DNA of 64,000 bases from a virus. This document shows positions 9,080-18,582 of this stretch, piece after piece. A program made the translations under genes and the position numbers. Under the pieces are notes generated by a model, which was not told the DNA's origin, made no database searches, and saw nothing but the letters and a program-made list of their open reading frames with translations. Every line of letters starts with the position of its first letter. Within the stretch, counting starts at the first letter, position 1. Location: the IMG/VR virus record IMGVR_UViG_3300045996_000592, positions 70,156-134,155 of that record. The stretch is one strand, 5' to 3'.

Positions 9080-10197
9080 TATCTGGAATAGTTAAAAACC
9101 CCGGTAGAGAAGGTCTGGTAATACCTGGCATAATGACTCTTCCTGTTAGCCAACCACTGGGTACGTATTTCACGGAAGTCAGGGGTATTTATAAAGGAAA
9201 GAGCCTGTATCTGCGCCTCATTATAACGACGTTCGATTAAAGCTAACCTCTGGGCGAAGTCTTCTCCAGATATCCAGTTGTTCTCCAGTATCCTCAGTTT
9301 CAAGGCGTACTCGTAGAAATCGTTAACTTTCTCGTGGTCTAGGACCAGCAGGTTACCGTCTTCATCCTCCAGCATTCCCAGATAACGGATGTAAACCTTA
9401 CCGTTGGAGTAGGATGTATACAGATAGCCATCCTTTATCTCAGCTGAGTTCGGTGCCATAGTACCGAGGTGCATACACTGGGGGTCAACCCACCTGCCCG
9501 GTTTTATGGCCAGCTTCTCGAATATAGTGTACTCCCGGCACTCGCCAGTAGAAGGGGTCTTCTCAGTAACTACTACTGTACCGTTACAGGTAGAGTAAAC
9601 AAGACTCTGCCTCATGGGGTCAGGGTCATTATTACAGTTCGAAGTAGATGAGATGCAGTCATCACAACCGGGTTTCGGCCGGGTACAGGTATACTCGTCA
9701 TCTTTCAGCCAGCAACCGGCTCCCTTTATCAGGGTAAGACTGGGTTTAGCCTCTACGGATTTAGCACAGATCTTATGAGTACCTGGTTCGAAATAAACCG
9801 ACTCAGTAGTCTCATCGCAGTAGATGACAGTTGTCTGAGCCCCGGTAGTGGTCTGTATCGTCCAGCAGGGACAGGTAGACTGGGTGATGTTCGGTGTAAG
9901 TACATCTTCCGTAACCCTTCCATGTGGATGGGGCGGGGTAGTCACCCTGTAAGTACCGCACATTAGCGCGGCCTTCAGGGAGTAGAAATCGTTAGGTAAT
10001 TTGGCCTTCCCGTTATAAACATCCAGGATGGTTTCCTTCGGTTTATGAATCTTCAACCCGAGGTCGTAACTCACCCGCTGGGCTACCTTGATAAGGGTAG
10101 CCGGCTCTATCATCCCGTTCTCTGTAAGGCGGGACAGATCGAGCTCCACACTTTCAAGGAGTTCAGAGAAAGTTCTGAAAGACAGCTCTTTATTCAT
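9079..10197 (-). CDS. Tail ring / head-tail adaptor protein with Cys-rich insertion
   Basis: Directly upstream of the muzzle gene; KAKLPNDFYSL and GKVYIRYLGMLEDEDGNLLV resemble crAss ring (tail tubular) proteins. Confidence 0.6.
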   Translation of the reverse strand: MNKELSFRTFSELLESVELDLSRLTENGMIEPATLIKVAQRVSYDLGLKIHKPKETILDVYNGKAKLPNDFYSLKAALMCGTYRVTTPPHPHGRVTEDVLTPNITQSTCPCWTIQTTTGAQTTVIYCDETTESVYFEPGTHKICAKSVEAKPSLTLIKGAGCWLKDDEYTCTRPKPGCDDCISSTSNCNNDPDPMRQSLVYSTCNGTVVVTEKTPSTGECREYTIFEKLAIKPGRWVDPQCMHLGTMAPNSAEIKDGYLYTSYSNGKVYIRYLGMLEDEDGNLLVLDHEKVNDFYEYALKLRILENNWISGEDFAQRLALIERRYNEAQIQALSFINTPDFREIRTQWLANRKSHYARYYQTFSTGVFNYSR

Positions 10198-10201
10198 CGG
10201 G

Positions 10202-10882
10202 TTATCTTAATACGTGGTTGTTATCGTGATTTTGGTCGGAGGGTATTTGGCCCGGGGCTATCCCAAGGGACTGGAATAATTTATTTTCCGCTCTCGAAAT
10301 AATGTAGTCGGGGATATTACACACCTGCTCTTGACGGGGTAGGCACTTCTCATCCGAGTCACACTTGTACGCGGATATGTCGTCCTCAGGAGCGCCGATA
10401 ATCTTTACCGCCGGCCAGTCTATGTCAGGGAAGTAAAGATGATTGTTGAGTTCCCAGTAGTACTTGGTAGTATTCCTGAGGTACTTGAAATTACTCTGAC
10501 GGGTCATCTTGGCGTACTTCTCCGGCGTGGTAGGGGAAAGTTCTACTGAGCCATCCAGAGAGGACACACTGCGTATCAGTATCCCGTAATACCCCTCGAA
10601 GAACGCAGGTAGCGGGCACTCGGTACGCATGATCTTCACCCCGGATTTTATCCCGGAACAGGCTGCTTCGACTTTATCTACTTCTACCAGGTCAACCTTC
10701 TCCAGGCTCTCCATGATGGAGTTATAACACAGAATACGGGACTGCCCATCGAGCTCCTTCATCACCTCGTATATATGAGGTCTCATCATATTGTATAATT
10801 CCCGGTCCGTCAAAAATGAATCGACAGACTGGGCTTTAAGTTTTTTCCGTAAACGGCTGGTTATTTCTCCGTAGGTGACCAT
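10202..10882 (-). CDS. Tail ring protein
   Basis: 226 aa, MVTYGEIT...YYWELNNHLY; size and synteny match crAss ring proteins. Confidence 0.55.
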   Translation of the reverse strand: MVTYGEITSRLRKKLKAQSVDSFLTDRELYNMMRPHIYEVMKELDGQSRILCYNSIMESLEKVDLVEVDKVEAACSGIKSGVKIMRTECPLPAFFEGYYGILIRSVSSLDGSVELSPTTPEKYAKMTRQSNFKYLRNTTKYYWELNNHLYFPDIDWPAVKIIGAPEDDISAYKCDSDEKCLPRQEQVCNIPDYIISRAENKLFQSLGIAPGQIPSDQNHDNNHVLR

Positions 10883-10891
10883 TGGGTGGGG

Positions 10892-11509
10892 TTAGTCGAG
10901 GTCGAACTCGTTATAGTTCTTCAGTATCTCCTGTTCATCCTTCTTCCGGTAGTGTTTGTAGTTACGCTTCCTGAAGAGTTTTGAGATATACCGGATGTTG
11001 TCTATAATGACGTACTGCTTGTATCTCTCCGGGTAGGATCTGGCTACCGCTCTCTTGAACTCCCGGCAGAACTCCCGGTCCATGTGCCAGAGGTCGTGGT
11101 TCCTGAATGTCCTGCGGGATACTTCCGAGAGGTCTGTGAAGCTGGTCTCGTAGTTGGTGTAAAATATCTTGGCCAGCCACTGGTTACTTTCGAAGTTCTG
11201 GTGCTGTACCTTCTGGCCGAGCTCCTGTGATTTTTGGGCGTCGGGGTTATCCCGAACCTTTCTCTTACAGGAGCCTATAAAAATATAGCCCATCTGGGCC
11301 AGTAGCTCTACGCCGTCCCGCACTCTGATGATAGTTTCGTACTGTTCTTTGTTAAAGGTGAGTACGATCTCTTTTATCAGGTTATCTGGGACATCCTTCA
11401 GCTCCGGGTGCTTATCGCGGAGCCACTTATAGAACTCAGCGTTAAGCGTGGTGGTCTTCTTTTTACGGAACCTGGGAGCGTTAAGATCTGGTTTTCGGTA
11501 CGGCTTCAA
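10892..11509 (-). CDS. IHF/HU-like DNA-binding protein (crAss structural-block type)
   Basis: Basic protein with IIRVRDGVELLAQMGYIFI, an HU-like beta arm; conserved position before the ring genes in crAss-like phages. Confidence 0.55.
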   Translation of the reverse strand: MKPYRKPDLNAPRFRKKKTTTLNAEFYKWLRDKHPELKDVPDNLIKEIVLTFNKEQYETIIRVRDGVELLAQMGYIFIGSCKRKVRDNPDAQKSQELGQKVQHQNFESNQWLAKIFYTNYETSFTDLSEVSRRTFRNHDLWHMDREFCREFKRAVARSYPERYKQYVIIDNIRYISKLFRKRNYKHYRKKDEQEILKNYNEFDLD

Positions 11510-11588
11510 AATGATAGTGGTTTATAGGGGCCGGCTCCTTAATAAATTAAGACTATTTAGGCGTTCTACCTAAATAAACTGGGGAGGT

Positions 11589-11744
11589 TTACCAGGCGTC
11601 TTCCCTGTGAAGTAGTCCGAGGATAAGGCCTATTACCGCCATCACCAAGAGTACGTAAATCGTTGAGCCGGCGTTAAAGACAAAAGCTCCGAGTATCCAT
11701 CCTGTAAAGAGGATGGCAGATACAATATATAGTAGTGATTTCAT
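11589..11744 (-). CDS. Small membrane protein, lmo0937/DUF5670-like (51 aa)
   Basis: MKSLLYIVSAILFTGWILGAFVFNAGSTIYVLLVMAVIGLILGLLHREDAW; two hydrophobic helices; below the ORF-track size cutoff. Confidence 0.7.
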   Translation of the reverse strand: MKSLLYIVSAILFTGWILGAFVFNAGSTIYVLLVMAVIGLILGLLHREDAW

Positions 11745-12076
11745 ATTAGTCAGTCTTTATAAATCCATCATCCGACACCACCTCTCAAACCGGTCATATA
11801 CTACCTCGGTAAGTGGTTCATAGAGTCCGGGGTTAGTGTCGTTAAGTTTATAGCCAGTCATCTTCTCGTTATCTACCATCAGCATAGTTCTCTTATCTCC
11901 TATGAAAACGTAGGCGTACTTCAACCGGTCGCGGAGTTGTTGTTCTGGGGTACGTTCAGGTATCGGTTCTCCCCATAAGACATGGCGCTCGAAATCACGG
12001 GATCTCTTAGCTGCTAACTCCTTCCAGAGCTCCGCCTCTTTTTGTGGCATCCAAATCATATTAGTCAGTCTTTATA
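11741..12076. repeat. 21-bp exact direct repeat TCATATTAGTCAGTCTTTATA flanking one gene
   Basis: Copies at 11741-11761 and 12056-12076. Confidence 0.9.
11757..12059 (-). CDS. Hypothetical protein
   Basis: 100-aa ORF in a tightly packed operon, bracketed by the 21-bp repeat. Confidence 0.7.
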   Translation of the reverse strand: MIWMPQKEAELWKELAAKRSRDFERHVLWGEPIPERTPEQQLRDRLKYAYVFIGDKRTMLMVDNEKMTGYKLNDTNPGLYEPLTEVVYDRFERWCRMMDL

Positions 12077-12444
12077 GGTATAAACTCTATATTTGATATT
12101 CCTCCTCCGGTACTGTAGTCATCGAATCCGGCTTCCTGCCATCTTTCGTACCAACCTTCTTCTTCAGAGTCCTGGTTATTTAGTTCGTCCCAGAGTTCCC
12201 TCTTATCCACTGGTATCATGTACCAGTGGCCAGAATCGTCCCGGTCGAAGAAGTGATGATTACTCAGGAAGGCGCCAGCCTCGTCCAGCAGCGCCCGCAC
12301 CTCGGTATGGTTTTCCCTGAATCTCAGGTACTCCTCGATGTCTTTAGAAAGGTCCTCTACGTTCATATCAACGGTAGAGGATAACCCTTTAGCTAACTGG
12401 ATACACCAGTTAGCTCTTTTCAGTAGGTCTATTGTATTGGTCAT
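12061..12444 (-). CDS. Hypothetical protein
   Basis: 127 aa; ATGA overlap with the upstream gene. Confidence 0.7.
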   Translation of the reverse strand: MTNTIDLLKRANWCIQLAKGLSSTVDMNVEDLSKDIEEYLRFRENHTEVRALLDEAGAFLSNHHFFDRDDSGHWYMIPVDKRELWDELNNQDSEEEGWYERWQEAGFDDYSTGGGISNIEFIPIKTD

Positions 12445-12839
12445 TTTCTCTTATTGGTTTTATACTTATAACTGCCGACGGTCAAACCCGAGTTAGGCCT
12501 CTTCTCCAACCCATCCATTATACGTTTAGCACATTCCTCTCCGTACTGCTCAGTGAGCTGGTCTAACCGGTGGGAAACAGTTACGTACTGGAGTTTGGTG
12601 CCCGGCTCTTGTGTGATCTGATCCTGGAATCTTTCCGCCTCGTCTTTTATGGCCTGGTTAAACATTTCCAAACCGACCTTACCAGTTACAGTGCCGCCAG
12701 GTAATCTGTAAAATCCGCCCCCGAGATCTTTTACAGATAAATCTTCCAAGTCTTCGAATGCCTCATTAAATTTCTGAGTAAACTCTTCCTCGGTCATCGG
12801 GATTTTTACGGAGATCGGGTCATTAGGGCCGTAACTCAT
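12441..12839 (-). CDS. Hypothetical protein
   Basis: 132 aa; ATGA overlaps on both sides. Confidence 0.7.
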   Translation of the reverse strand: MSYGPNDPISVKIPMTEEEFTQKFNEAFEDLEDLSVKDLGGGFYRLPGGTVTGKVGLEMFNQAIKDEAERFQDQITQEPGTKLQYVTVSHRLDQLTEQYGEECAKRIMDGLEKRPNSGLTVGSYKYKTNKRK

Positions 12840-13105
12840 ATTCGAGGACTACCTCCGTAAGTCTCCATACACTGAACACATAAAGCGGCGATTTTCCTCA
12901 GGTAAACCGTGGTTTTTTCATGAGGAGTAGACTCGGTATACCATGATTCTAGCGCCTTATTTAAGTTTAGCTGAATGGCTGATAAGGTATCTCCTACATG
13001 GAGTTCTGGAATGATGTCCGGGTGAGTAGTGTCTAACTTCAGTCGATCTTGGTAGTCCCTCTCCGAACTTATTATTTCATAAACCTGCTCTCTATTCATT
13101 ATCAC
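12836..13105 (-). CDS. Hypothetical protein, possibly MazG-like all-alpha fold
   Basis: ISSERDYQD...LRKIAALCVQCME resembles small phage MazG-like proteins. Confidence 0.5.
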   Translation of the reverse strand: MIMNREQVYEIISSERDYQDRLKLDTTHPDIIPELHVGDTLSAIQLNLNKALESWYTESTPHEKTTVYLRKIAALCVQCMETYGGSPRI

Positions 13106-13319
13106 AGGGAATTATGTCCACGTAATACTCCTTACCTTCTATCAGCTGTTCTGCAGCGCTCCCGTTGATGGTGTTAAAGTTCAGTGACCCGGCCGGGGTG
13201 TATTTCCAGAACTGCTCGTTCTCTGGGCTACCTGAGGTTACTGCTCCGAGGGTTATGTTATAACCTTCTTCTGTCTTGATGTTCTGCCATACGGAGAACT
13301 TGCACCTTACTTTAGTCAT
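13092..13319 (-). CDS. Conserved phage hypothetical protein
   Basis: VRCKF...SPENEQFWKYTPAGSL...GKEYYVD, a widespread phage family. Confidence 0.7.
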   Translation of the reverse strand: MTKVRCKFSVWQNIKTEEGYNITLGAVTSGSPENEQFWKYTPAGSLNFNTINGSAAEQLIEGKEYYVDIIPCDNE

Positions 13320-13323
13320 ATAG

Positions 13324-13926
13324 TTAGTTGGTTTTATTAGATAACGTGAATTGATAGTACTCTTTAGCCGCTCTCAGTTGATCTTCATCTTTTACATAAA
13401 ACTCCCAGTTATCCTTCCCCACCTCTACGCCTATCACATCTATAACAAAAGTTTTAGGAATAAAAGGGAAGCTCCGAACGAGGAAGTTTTTACTTCCAAT
13501 TGAGTGTTTTTCATCGGGGGTGTTATTGAAAATCGCTGTCCCCGACCATGTAGCCCCTTTTGTGTCCTTCCAGGTGATAGCGTATATATAGTGTACGGAA
13601 CCGTCCGGGTTTTTGAATAATCCTCCTTCCCGGTTATTTTGGTACAAGATTCTACCACCCATCTCCTCTGAGATATTAACCCACTCATCGTCAGTCCCCA
13701 TAATAGGTGTGATAGGTTCGAAGAGACAGAGTTTCTTTATAGCAGAAGAAACAGCCCCGGCAGTATAAGGAGCAGACCCGCCTGATTGTCCTGACTCAGC
13801 GAACTTATTGACTAGTGATAATATTTCCGGAATGAACTCCTTTATTATTGGTGGGTTGTCCTCTGTAGGGTACATGTCACAGAGAATCCTGAGTTCCTTT
13901 TCTGCGTGTTTAAGTAGATTACTCAT
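13324..13926 (-). CDS. Conserved phage hypothetical protein
   Basis: LLKHAEKEL...FAESGQSGGSAPY...PITPIMGTDDEW. Confidence 0.7.
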   Translation of the reverse strand: MSNLLKHAEKELRILCDMYPTEDNPPIIKEFIPEILSLVNKFAESGQSGGSAPYTAGAVSSAIKKLCLFEPITPIMGTDDEWVNISEEMGGRILYQNNREGGLFKNPDGSVHYIYAITWKDTKGATWSGTAIFNNTPDEKHSIGSKNFLVRSFPFIPKTFVIDVIGVEVGKDNWEFYVKDEDQLRAAKEYYQFTLSNKTN

Positions 13927-13929
13927 ATT

Positions 13930-14130
13930 TTACTTATTTTTTGGGTAACAGATTTTCTTTAAGTCCTTCTCAACCTTAGACTCACTTATCTTCTGGTTGG
14001 CGGCCATGTCGGGGTGAATAATCTCAAGACAGCCCATACACATCCACTTATAGTTTACCTGCGGTACAGGTACTGTTCTGAATAAGGGAACGTCAAATAC
14101 GGAGTCCTCGCAGTTATCGCACTTTAACAT
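13930..14130 (-). CDS. Small zinc-finger-like protein
   Basis: CDNC ... CMGC. Confidence 0.55.
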   Translation of the reverse strand: MLKCDNCEDSVFDVPLFRTVPVPQVNYKWMCMGCLEIIHPDMAANQKISESKVEKDLKKICYPKNK

Positions 14131-14142
14131 TAGATAGGTTTT

Positions 14143-15402
14143 TTATTCGTAGTACCGGAACTCACCGGTAGATCCTTTGGTTTCAGAATGCAGCTCGATG
14201 ATCCCTCCGCGGTTGTTACCAGTCCACTTGTTTGAGTAGTGGTAGTAGTCTAAGGTGGTCAGACTAGGTAAAATTCTCGAGGTAAACCCGTTAATCTCAT
14301 TCTCAGTGATGTACGCGATCTGCTTCTTCTTATGGTAGTGGCCGGTATAGAGAGTACGATACTTGGTGTTCCCCCAGTCTTTGGCCCACTCAGTGGCAAA
14401 CGTCAAAGGAGACTTCTGCACATCGAAATCACCGTGTTCAAAGGATAGGAAACTGTTACCATAGACCACCACCTTCCTCTCCGCGTACTCTATGTCCCAG
14501 ATGATGTTTTTGGACTGGATACACTTCGATAACGAATAGGCTATATGCGCCTCAGTCAGGCGGCTATGGTTCCCCGGAATATAAACCACCTGTAGGGTAT
14601 TACAGAACTGTTTACAGTAGTTCACAACCCAGAACATCAGGTCAAACGCCAGTTTATATGCGTCATACGCTGACATCGAGTTGTCTACTAAAGTTTTCTG
14701 TGACGTAGTGTACCCGAGAAAGGTATCCATGTTCACGAGATCTCCACCGAGTACCAGAATTATCTTATCCAGTTTGGCTGAGTGGTAGGCGCGACCTACG
14801 AGGTTCTGTACGCAGTTCTTCACTGAGGTCTCGATATCGTGGGGAACCATTGTGGACTTCCCGACGTGCACATCCTGTAAACTAAGTATGGCGCATGTTT
14901 TATCAGAGAAGTTCTTGTTGATAGTGGGTATGGGGGCTGGCTTATAACTAAACTTATATTTACTGAGGACGTCGTCTATGGCGGTAACCGGGTCAGATTT
15001 CTTCCTACCGACGTTACCGGAAATACACCAGTACCGATCTCCCTGGCGCGTCTGTTTTTCCTTGTTCCAGTAACTAACCAGTTTCCAGTTAGTTCCGGTC
15101 AGTTTTAACCTTTTTTCAATCTCTTCCGGGCTGAGGGGCTCTGACGTAAGGTGTGCGGTGAAAGCACCTGTTCCCTTCTCAATATTCTCTGAGAACTCCA
15201 CTATCTTATCCTCCAGGGCTGAGATATACTCAGTGGTCTCAAGATTACCGGATATACCCCCGGTCCCGTAACCCGATAACTCAGTCCGGATAGACCTGAA
15301 CTCTTCGGGGCTTACCCCGGATTTCTTAGCCAACCGGGTAGAGTTCAGCTTCTTATTTTTCGGGTCAGATAAGATCTCCCGTACTCTGTCTTTAGTAGTC
15401 AT
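14143..15402 (-). CDS. Calcineurin-like metallophosphoesterase with N-terminal HTH-like region
   Basis: DVHVG, GGDLVN, PGNHS, FEHGD and TGHYH motifs. Confidence 0.85.
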   Translation of the reverse strand: MTTKDRVREILSDPKNKKLNSTRLAKKSGVSPEEFRSIRTELSGYGTGGISGNLETTEYISALEDKIVEFSENIEKGTGAFTAHLTSEPLSPEEIEKRLKLTGTNWKLVSYWNKEKQTRQGDRYWCISGNVGRKKSDPVTAIDDVLSKYKFSYKPAPIPTINKNFSDKTCAILSLQDVHVGKSTMVPHDIETSVKNCVQNLVGRAYHSAKLDKIILVLGGDLVNMDTFLGYTTSQKTLVDNSMSAYDAYKLAFDLMFWVVNYCKQFCNTLQVVYIPGNHSRLTEAHIAYSLSKCIQSKNIIWDIEYAERKVVVYGNSFLSFEHGDFDVQKSPLTFATEWAKDWGNTKYRTLYTGHYHKKKQIAYITENEINGFTSRILPSLTTLDYYHYSNKWTGNNRGGIIELHSETKGSTGEFRYYE

Positions 15403-15430
15403 GAAGTAGTCAGTGTTTGATTACGGATTA

Positions 15431-15500
15431 GGAAGTTATAGATTAATAACTGGATAACCAAAATTATTTTTGGGTATCTAAAAAATAGTTACTAATTTAG
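15431..15500. promoter_or_regulatory. Back-to-back divergent Bacteroidota-type promoters
   Basis: Minus: TTTG(15462-15459)-N20-TAACTTCC. Plus: TTTG(15469)-N20-TAATTTAG(15493-15500). Confidence 0.55.
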
Positions 15501-15504
15501 TAGT

Positions 15505-15640
15505 ACCTTACTACTCCGGGAAGTTTAGTAACTAGTGTGACCTGAAGATATTTTTATACGTTAAATCCGTAACCCGGTCTGCCTGCACACTGATTACTAC
15601 TTCTTCCCGGAATAGTACAGGTCAAGACCGGGTTTTTTAT
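15505..15640 (+). ncRNA. Candidate structured non-coding RNA
   Basis: Long imperfect hairpin right after a promoter, extra loop-to-3' complementarities, ending in a U-tract; no credible ORF. Confidence 0.45.
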
Positions 15641-15898
15641 GTCCCGGCGGCCCGACCAACAAATTTGCCCTAAGAAGTCGGTATTCAGGCACGCAGCAGA
15701 CCATCCCCGTAAGGACGGCGCCAGGGTACACTTCTTTTAAATGGGGAGTAAGGTCTTCTAAAGACTTGTTTCCTGCTTCCCAGCCCACTCATCAGAACTA
15801 ACCGGTAAGGAGAAAATACGAGTCTATCTCTCTAAGGGGGTAGGGGGATAGACTTGTTTATTCTTACCTTCATCAGGAGTGATGGTTGGTGAGGAAGT

Positions 15899-15930
15899 TT
15901 TGGTTATCCAGAATATATTAGTTATCTTAG
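15899..15930 (+). promoter_or_regulatory. Bacteroidota-type promoter
   Basis: TTTG-N20-TATCTTAG, 23 nt before ATG 15954. Confidence 0.6.
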
Positions 15931-15953
15931 ATAACCTCAAAAACAGTAACATC

Positions 15954-16352
15954 ATGTTCGACGAAAAGTGGTTAAAAGAACTCATAACCCTTGTAAAGAC
16001 AACCGACGTATCCGGTCTGTCAGAAGGAGAGATAAAGTGTTTATCCCCGGAGCTCAGTCACGGCAGTTTGGGCTGGATAAGTTCAGAGGTCTTTACCGGT
16101 ATAACGAGACTGGAGAGTGGTATAGCATTACACCCCCGGTACCCGGTTAAGCGGACGTGACGAGACTCGAGCCGCCTACACTTCTATTCTTCCCGGGTCG
16201 ATGAGATAGGACTGAGTATGATTAAGATTATGACTAAAGAGGACCCGCTTGTTATGGGGTCTTATAAAGGTTATGATGAAGTGATGTACTACGGAAAATG
16301 CCCCTCTATTAACGAGTTAAGAATTATTATGAGACTACTTCATATACAATAA
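15954..16352 (+). pseudogene. 132-codon ORF with a single in-frame TGA (nonsense mutation or readthrough)
   Basis: MFDEKWLKEL...PVKRT*RDSSRLHF...YYGKCPSINELRIIMRLLHIQ is continuous in one frame; TGA at 16158-16160. Confidence 0.55.
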
Positions 16353-16356
16353 CCAT

Positions 16357-16623
16357 ATGAACCATATAGAAGGAATACACGCAGATGACCTCAAACCGGA
16401 ATCAGTCATCCTCAAACGCACCGTCTACGAAGAGATGATTAATCGTATCAACCTGCTAACAGACGCACTAAAGAAAGTAACAGAGGACGGTACTCACGCT
16501 TTCGTAAGACTGGAGTTTTTCGATAGACCACCGTGCGGACCATTTGGTAAGATCCGATACCAACTCCTCAGTAAAGAGGACCTAGTAAAGCTCTGTAGGA
16601 AGGAAGCTTTCCCCTTAAAGTAA
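16357..16623 (+). CDS. Hypothetical protein
   Basis: 88-aa ORF starting 4 nt after the preceding stop. Confidence 0.7.
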   Translation: MNHIEGIHADDLKPESVILKRTVYEEMINRINLLTDALKKVTEDGTHAFVRLEFFDRPPCGPFGKIRYQLLSKEDLVKLCRKEAFPLK

Positions 16624-16648
16624 AAACCCCGGTAGAGAACTACCAGGG
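16622..16648 (-). terminator. Intrinsic terminator between convergent units
   Basis: Minus CCCTGGTAG-TTCT-CTACCGGGG-TTTTT. Confidence 0.65.
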
Positions 16649-16686
16649 CCGAGGCTAAGAATAAACCAATTAAAAATCCTAACCCG

Positions 16687-17625
16687 TTAATAGGGTGGTA
16701 AGGTTATATCCTGGGTAGAGACCAGTGTCCCGTTTGCCCAGTAGGTTTTAAAGGTGAAGGTTGAGTCTTCGTCGAGGTCTTGTGTATCTTTGGTCAGAGT
16801 AATGAACGCACTGTGCAGCCCCATAATGGACGTATCTACTGTACCTGATGTACCGATCAGATCGGCGCCATCGAATACCTTGAAGAAGGTACTACCATAA
16901 GGAGAGCCGCCCTCCCCGTACTGGGAAGAGTTTATCCAGCTCATGTAAAGTATACCCTGGGTAGCCGCGTCATTCTCGGTAACTGTAGGAGTAAACTGGT
17001 CTAAAGTAAAAGACGGGAGTTCCGCCACCGAGCCGCTCCAGGTAACCCCGGAGTTCACATCCCAGTAGGGGATCCCGTTATAAGGAGTAAGGTCTACATC
17101 ATTCCATGGTATATCCCCCTCGTTCCCGTAATCCACAGAAAAACTATCTATATCAAGGTTGTCTATGGTAGGTTCGGCACATCCTACCTGGATCTGCGTC
17201 ACCATATCCCCTATGGTCAGATAAACCGTATCCTCTGTCGTATCTGCCGAGAGTACTGCCCGGAACTGTTTCGCGGTAGTTACCCCGCTGCAGGTCTGGT
17301 CGAAGGAGCCGCTAATAACGACATCATAAGGTATCGGATGGACCGCCGTAAGCTCCCCCTGGTAATGAGCCCCGTCATGGGTTATCTCTATGCCCACGGG
17401 TACATAAAGGTTAGTACCGTATGGAACGCCGTCACTGGTACCTCCTGAGCAGCAGTCCGAATAAATCTTGCCCTCATAGGAGCCGGCCGCATCGAGTTCT
17501 ATGGCGATAGTAGTACCTGAAGAGGTCACCGACGTATAAGACGACTCACTCTTCCTGCGATAGGTGGCTATAAACCCGCAAGCCGGGGTAGGTGAAGGGG
17601 ATGAAAAGGTTATGCTAAGATCCAT
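16687..17625 (-). CDS. Virion beta-rich structural protein (FN3/Ig-like start)
   Basis: Acidic and S/T-rich; FN3-like N-terminus (ATYRRKSESSYT...SYEGKIYSDC); lies in the tail/fibre cluster. Confidence 0.55.
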   Translation of the reverse strand: MDLSITFSSPSPTPACGFIATYRRKSESSYTSVTSSGTTIAIELDAAGSYEGKIYSDCCSGGTSDGVPYGTNLYVPVGIEITHDGAHYQGELTAVHPIPYDVVISGSFDQTCSGVTTAKQFRAVLSADTTEDTVYLTIGDMVTQIQVGCAEPTIDNLDIDSFSVDYGNEGDIPWNDVDLTPYNGIPYWDVNSGVTWSGSVAELPSFTLDQFTPTVTENDAATQGILYMSWINSSQYGEGGSPYGSTFFKVFDGADLIGTSGTVDTSIMGLHSAFITLTKDTQDLDEDSTFTFKTYWANGTLVSTQDITLPPY

Positions 17626-17628
17626 CTG

Positions 17629-18180
17629 TTATGAGTTGAAGGTCGCCGTTACTTCTATCGGGTCAGGGCAGGTAGCCACAGCCTCGGTAGCAAAGGCGTA
17701 AGAATATGGTTTTATGATCTCTGAGGCTATGACGTTCACCACCAGCGTATAGTTAGTAGACGCATCCAGTCCGGTAAATACGTGTTCGATCTCATCCCCG
17801 GGCGAACTCACCGTATAGGTGTCCACGACAGTCTGCGGTGAAGCAGCTTCGTAGATGTCCAGCCTGTAAGAGGTGATACTGCCTTCCGGTTTTTCGAACT
17901 GTATCCCGACCGCCTCGTTGGTAGGGGTCAGGTGTACGGTGGGTTCTGCAAGATAGGCGCTCCTGAGTGTCAGGGAGTAGGGGTTATTACCGTCTATGTT
18001 CTGCAGGCGGAACTCGTAAATGTAATTATCTTCCAGGTCTTCTACCGTTACCTCTTCTGAGTCAGCGGCTGCCAGCCCGTGGTTGGTCCACGCGGTATCA
18101 CCCGCCTGGCGGTAGTAAACATTTATCCCGGATGAGCCGAGTTGGTTTTCAAGTTGTATTCCTATATCAAAAGAGGCCAT
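17629..18180 (-). CDS. Two-FN3-domain virion protein
   Basis: VYYRQAGDTAW..VEDLEDNYIYEFRL and FTGLDASTNYTLVV are FN3 signatures. Confidence 0.7.
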   Translation of the reverse strand: MASFDIGIQLENQLGSSGINVYYRQAGDTAWTNHGLAAADSEEVTVEDLEDNYIYEFRLQNIDGNNPYSLTLRSAYLAEPTVHLTPTNEAVGIQFEKPEGSITSYRLDIYEAASPQTVVDTYTVSSPGDEIEHVFTGLDASTNYTLVVNVIASEIIKPYSYAFATEAVATCPDPIEVTATFNS

Positions 18181-18182
18181 CG

Positions 18183-18581
18183 TTACGGATTAGGGGTTAT
18201 ATAGAGTATGACAGGAACGGTACCTGTAAGCACACCGCCGGAACAAGCCGATACCAGCTGACAGAAGAGGGTAGAGAGAGCCGGCGTATTGGCTACCGTA
18301 TAGAACCAGTTGTTGATGGCGTTAAACGAGGTAGGACAGTAGTTGTTCAGCTTCTTCATGATCTCTGTCAGGCTGTCCCCGGACTCAAAACCGTAACACC
18401 CGCCGTCTGTCGTGATCGTGTTGACGTTGGTCTCGCAGTACTTGATACAGTCCGTACACATGGCATCCTCACACTCCTTGGTGGAGCAGTTGATGTCTGT
18501 TGGGGTTATGTCAAAACCATCGGGGCAGTTACAGTCAGGACAGCCGCAGTTGGGTGGTATAAAGGAACAATTACAGCTCAT
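18183..18581 (-). CDS. Cys-rich virion protein
   Basis: MSCNC...CGCPDCNCP...CTDCIKY; motif shared with the neighbour (STDCIKW). Confidence 0.6.
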   Translation of the reverse strand: MSCNCSFIPPNCGCPDCNCPDGFDITPTDINCSTKECEDAMCTDCIKYCETNVNTITTDGGCYGFESGDSLTEIMKKLNNYCPTSFNAINNWFYTVANTPALSTLFCQLVSACSGGVLTGTVPVILYITPNP

Positions 18582-18582
18582 C

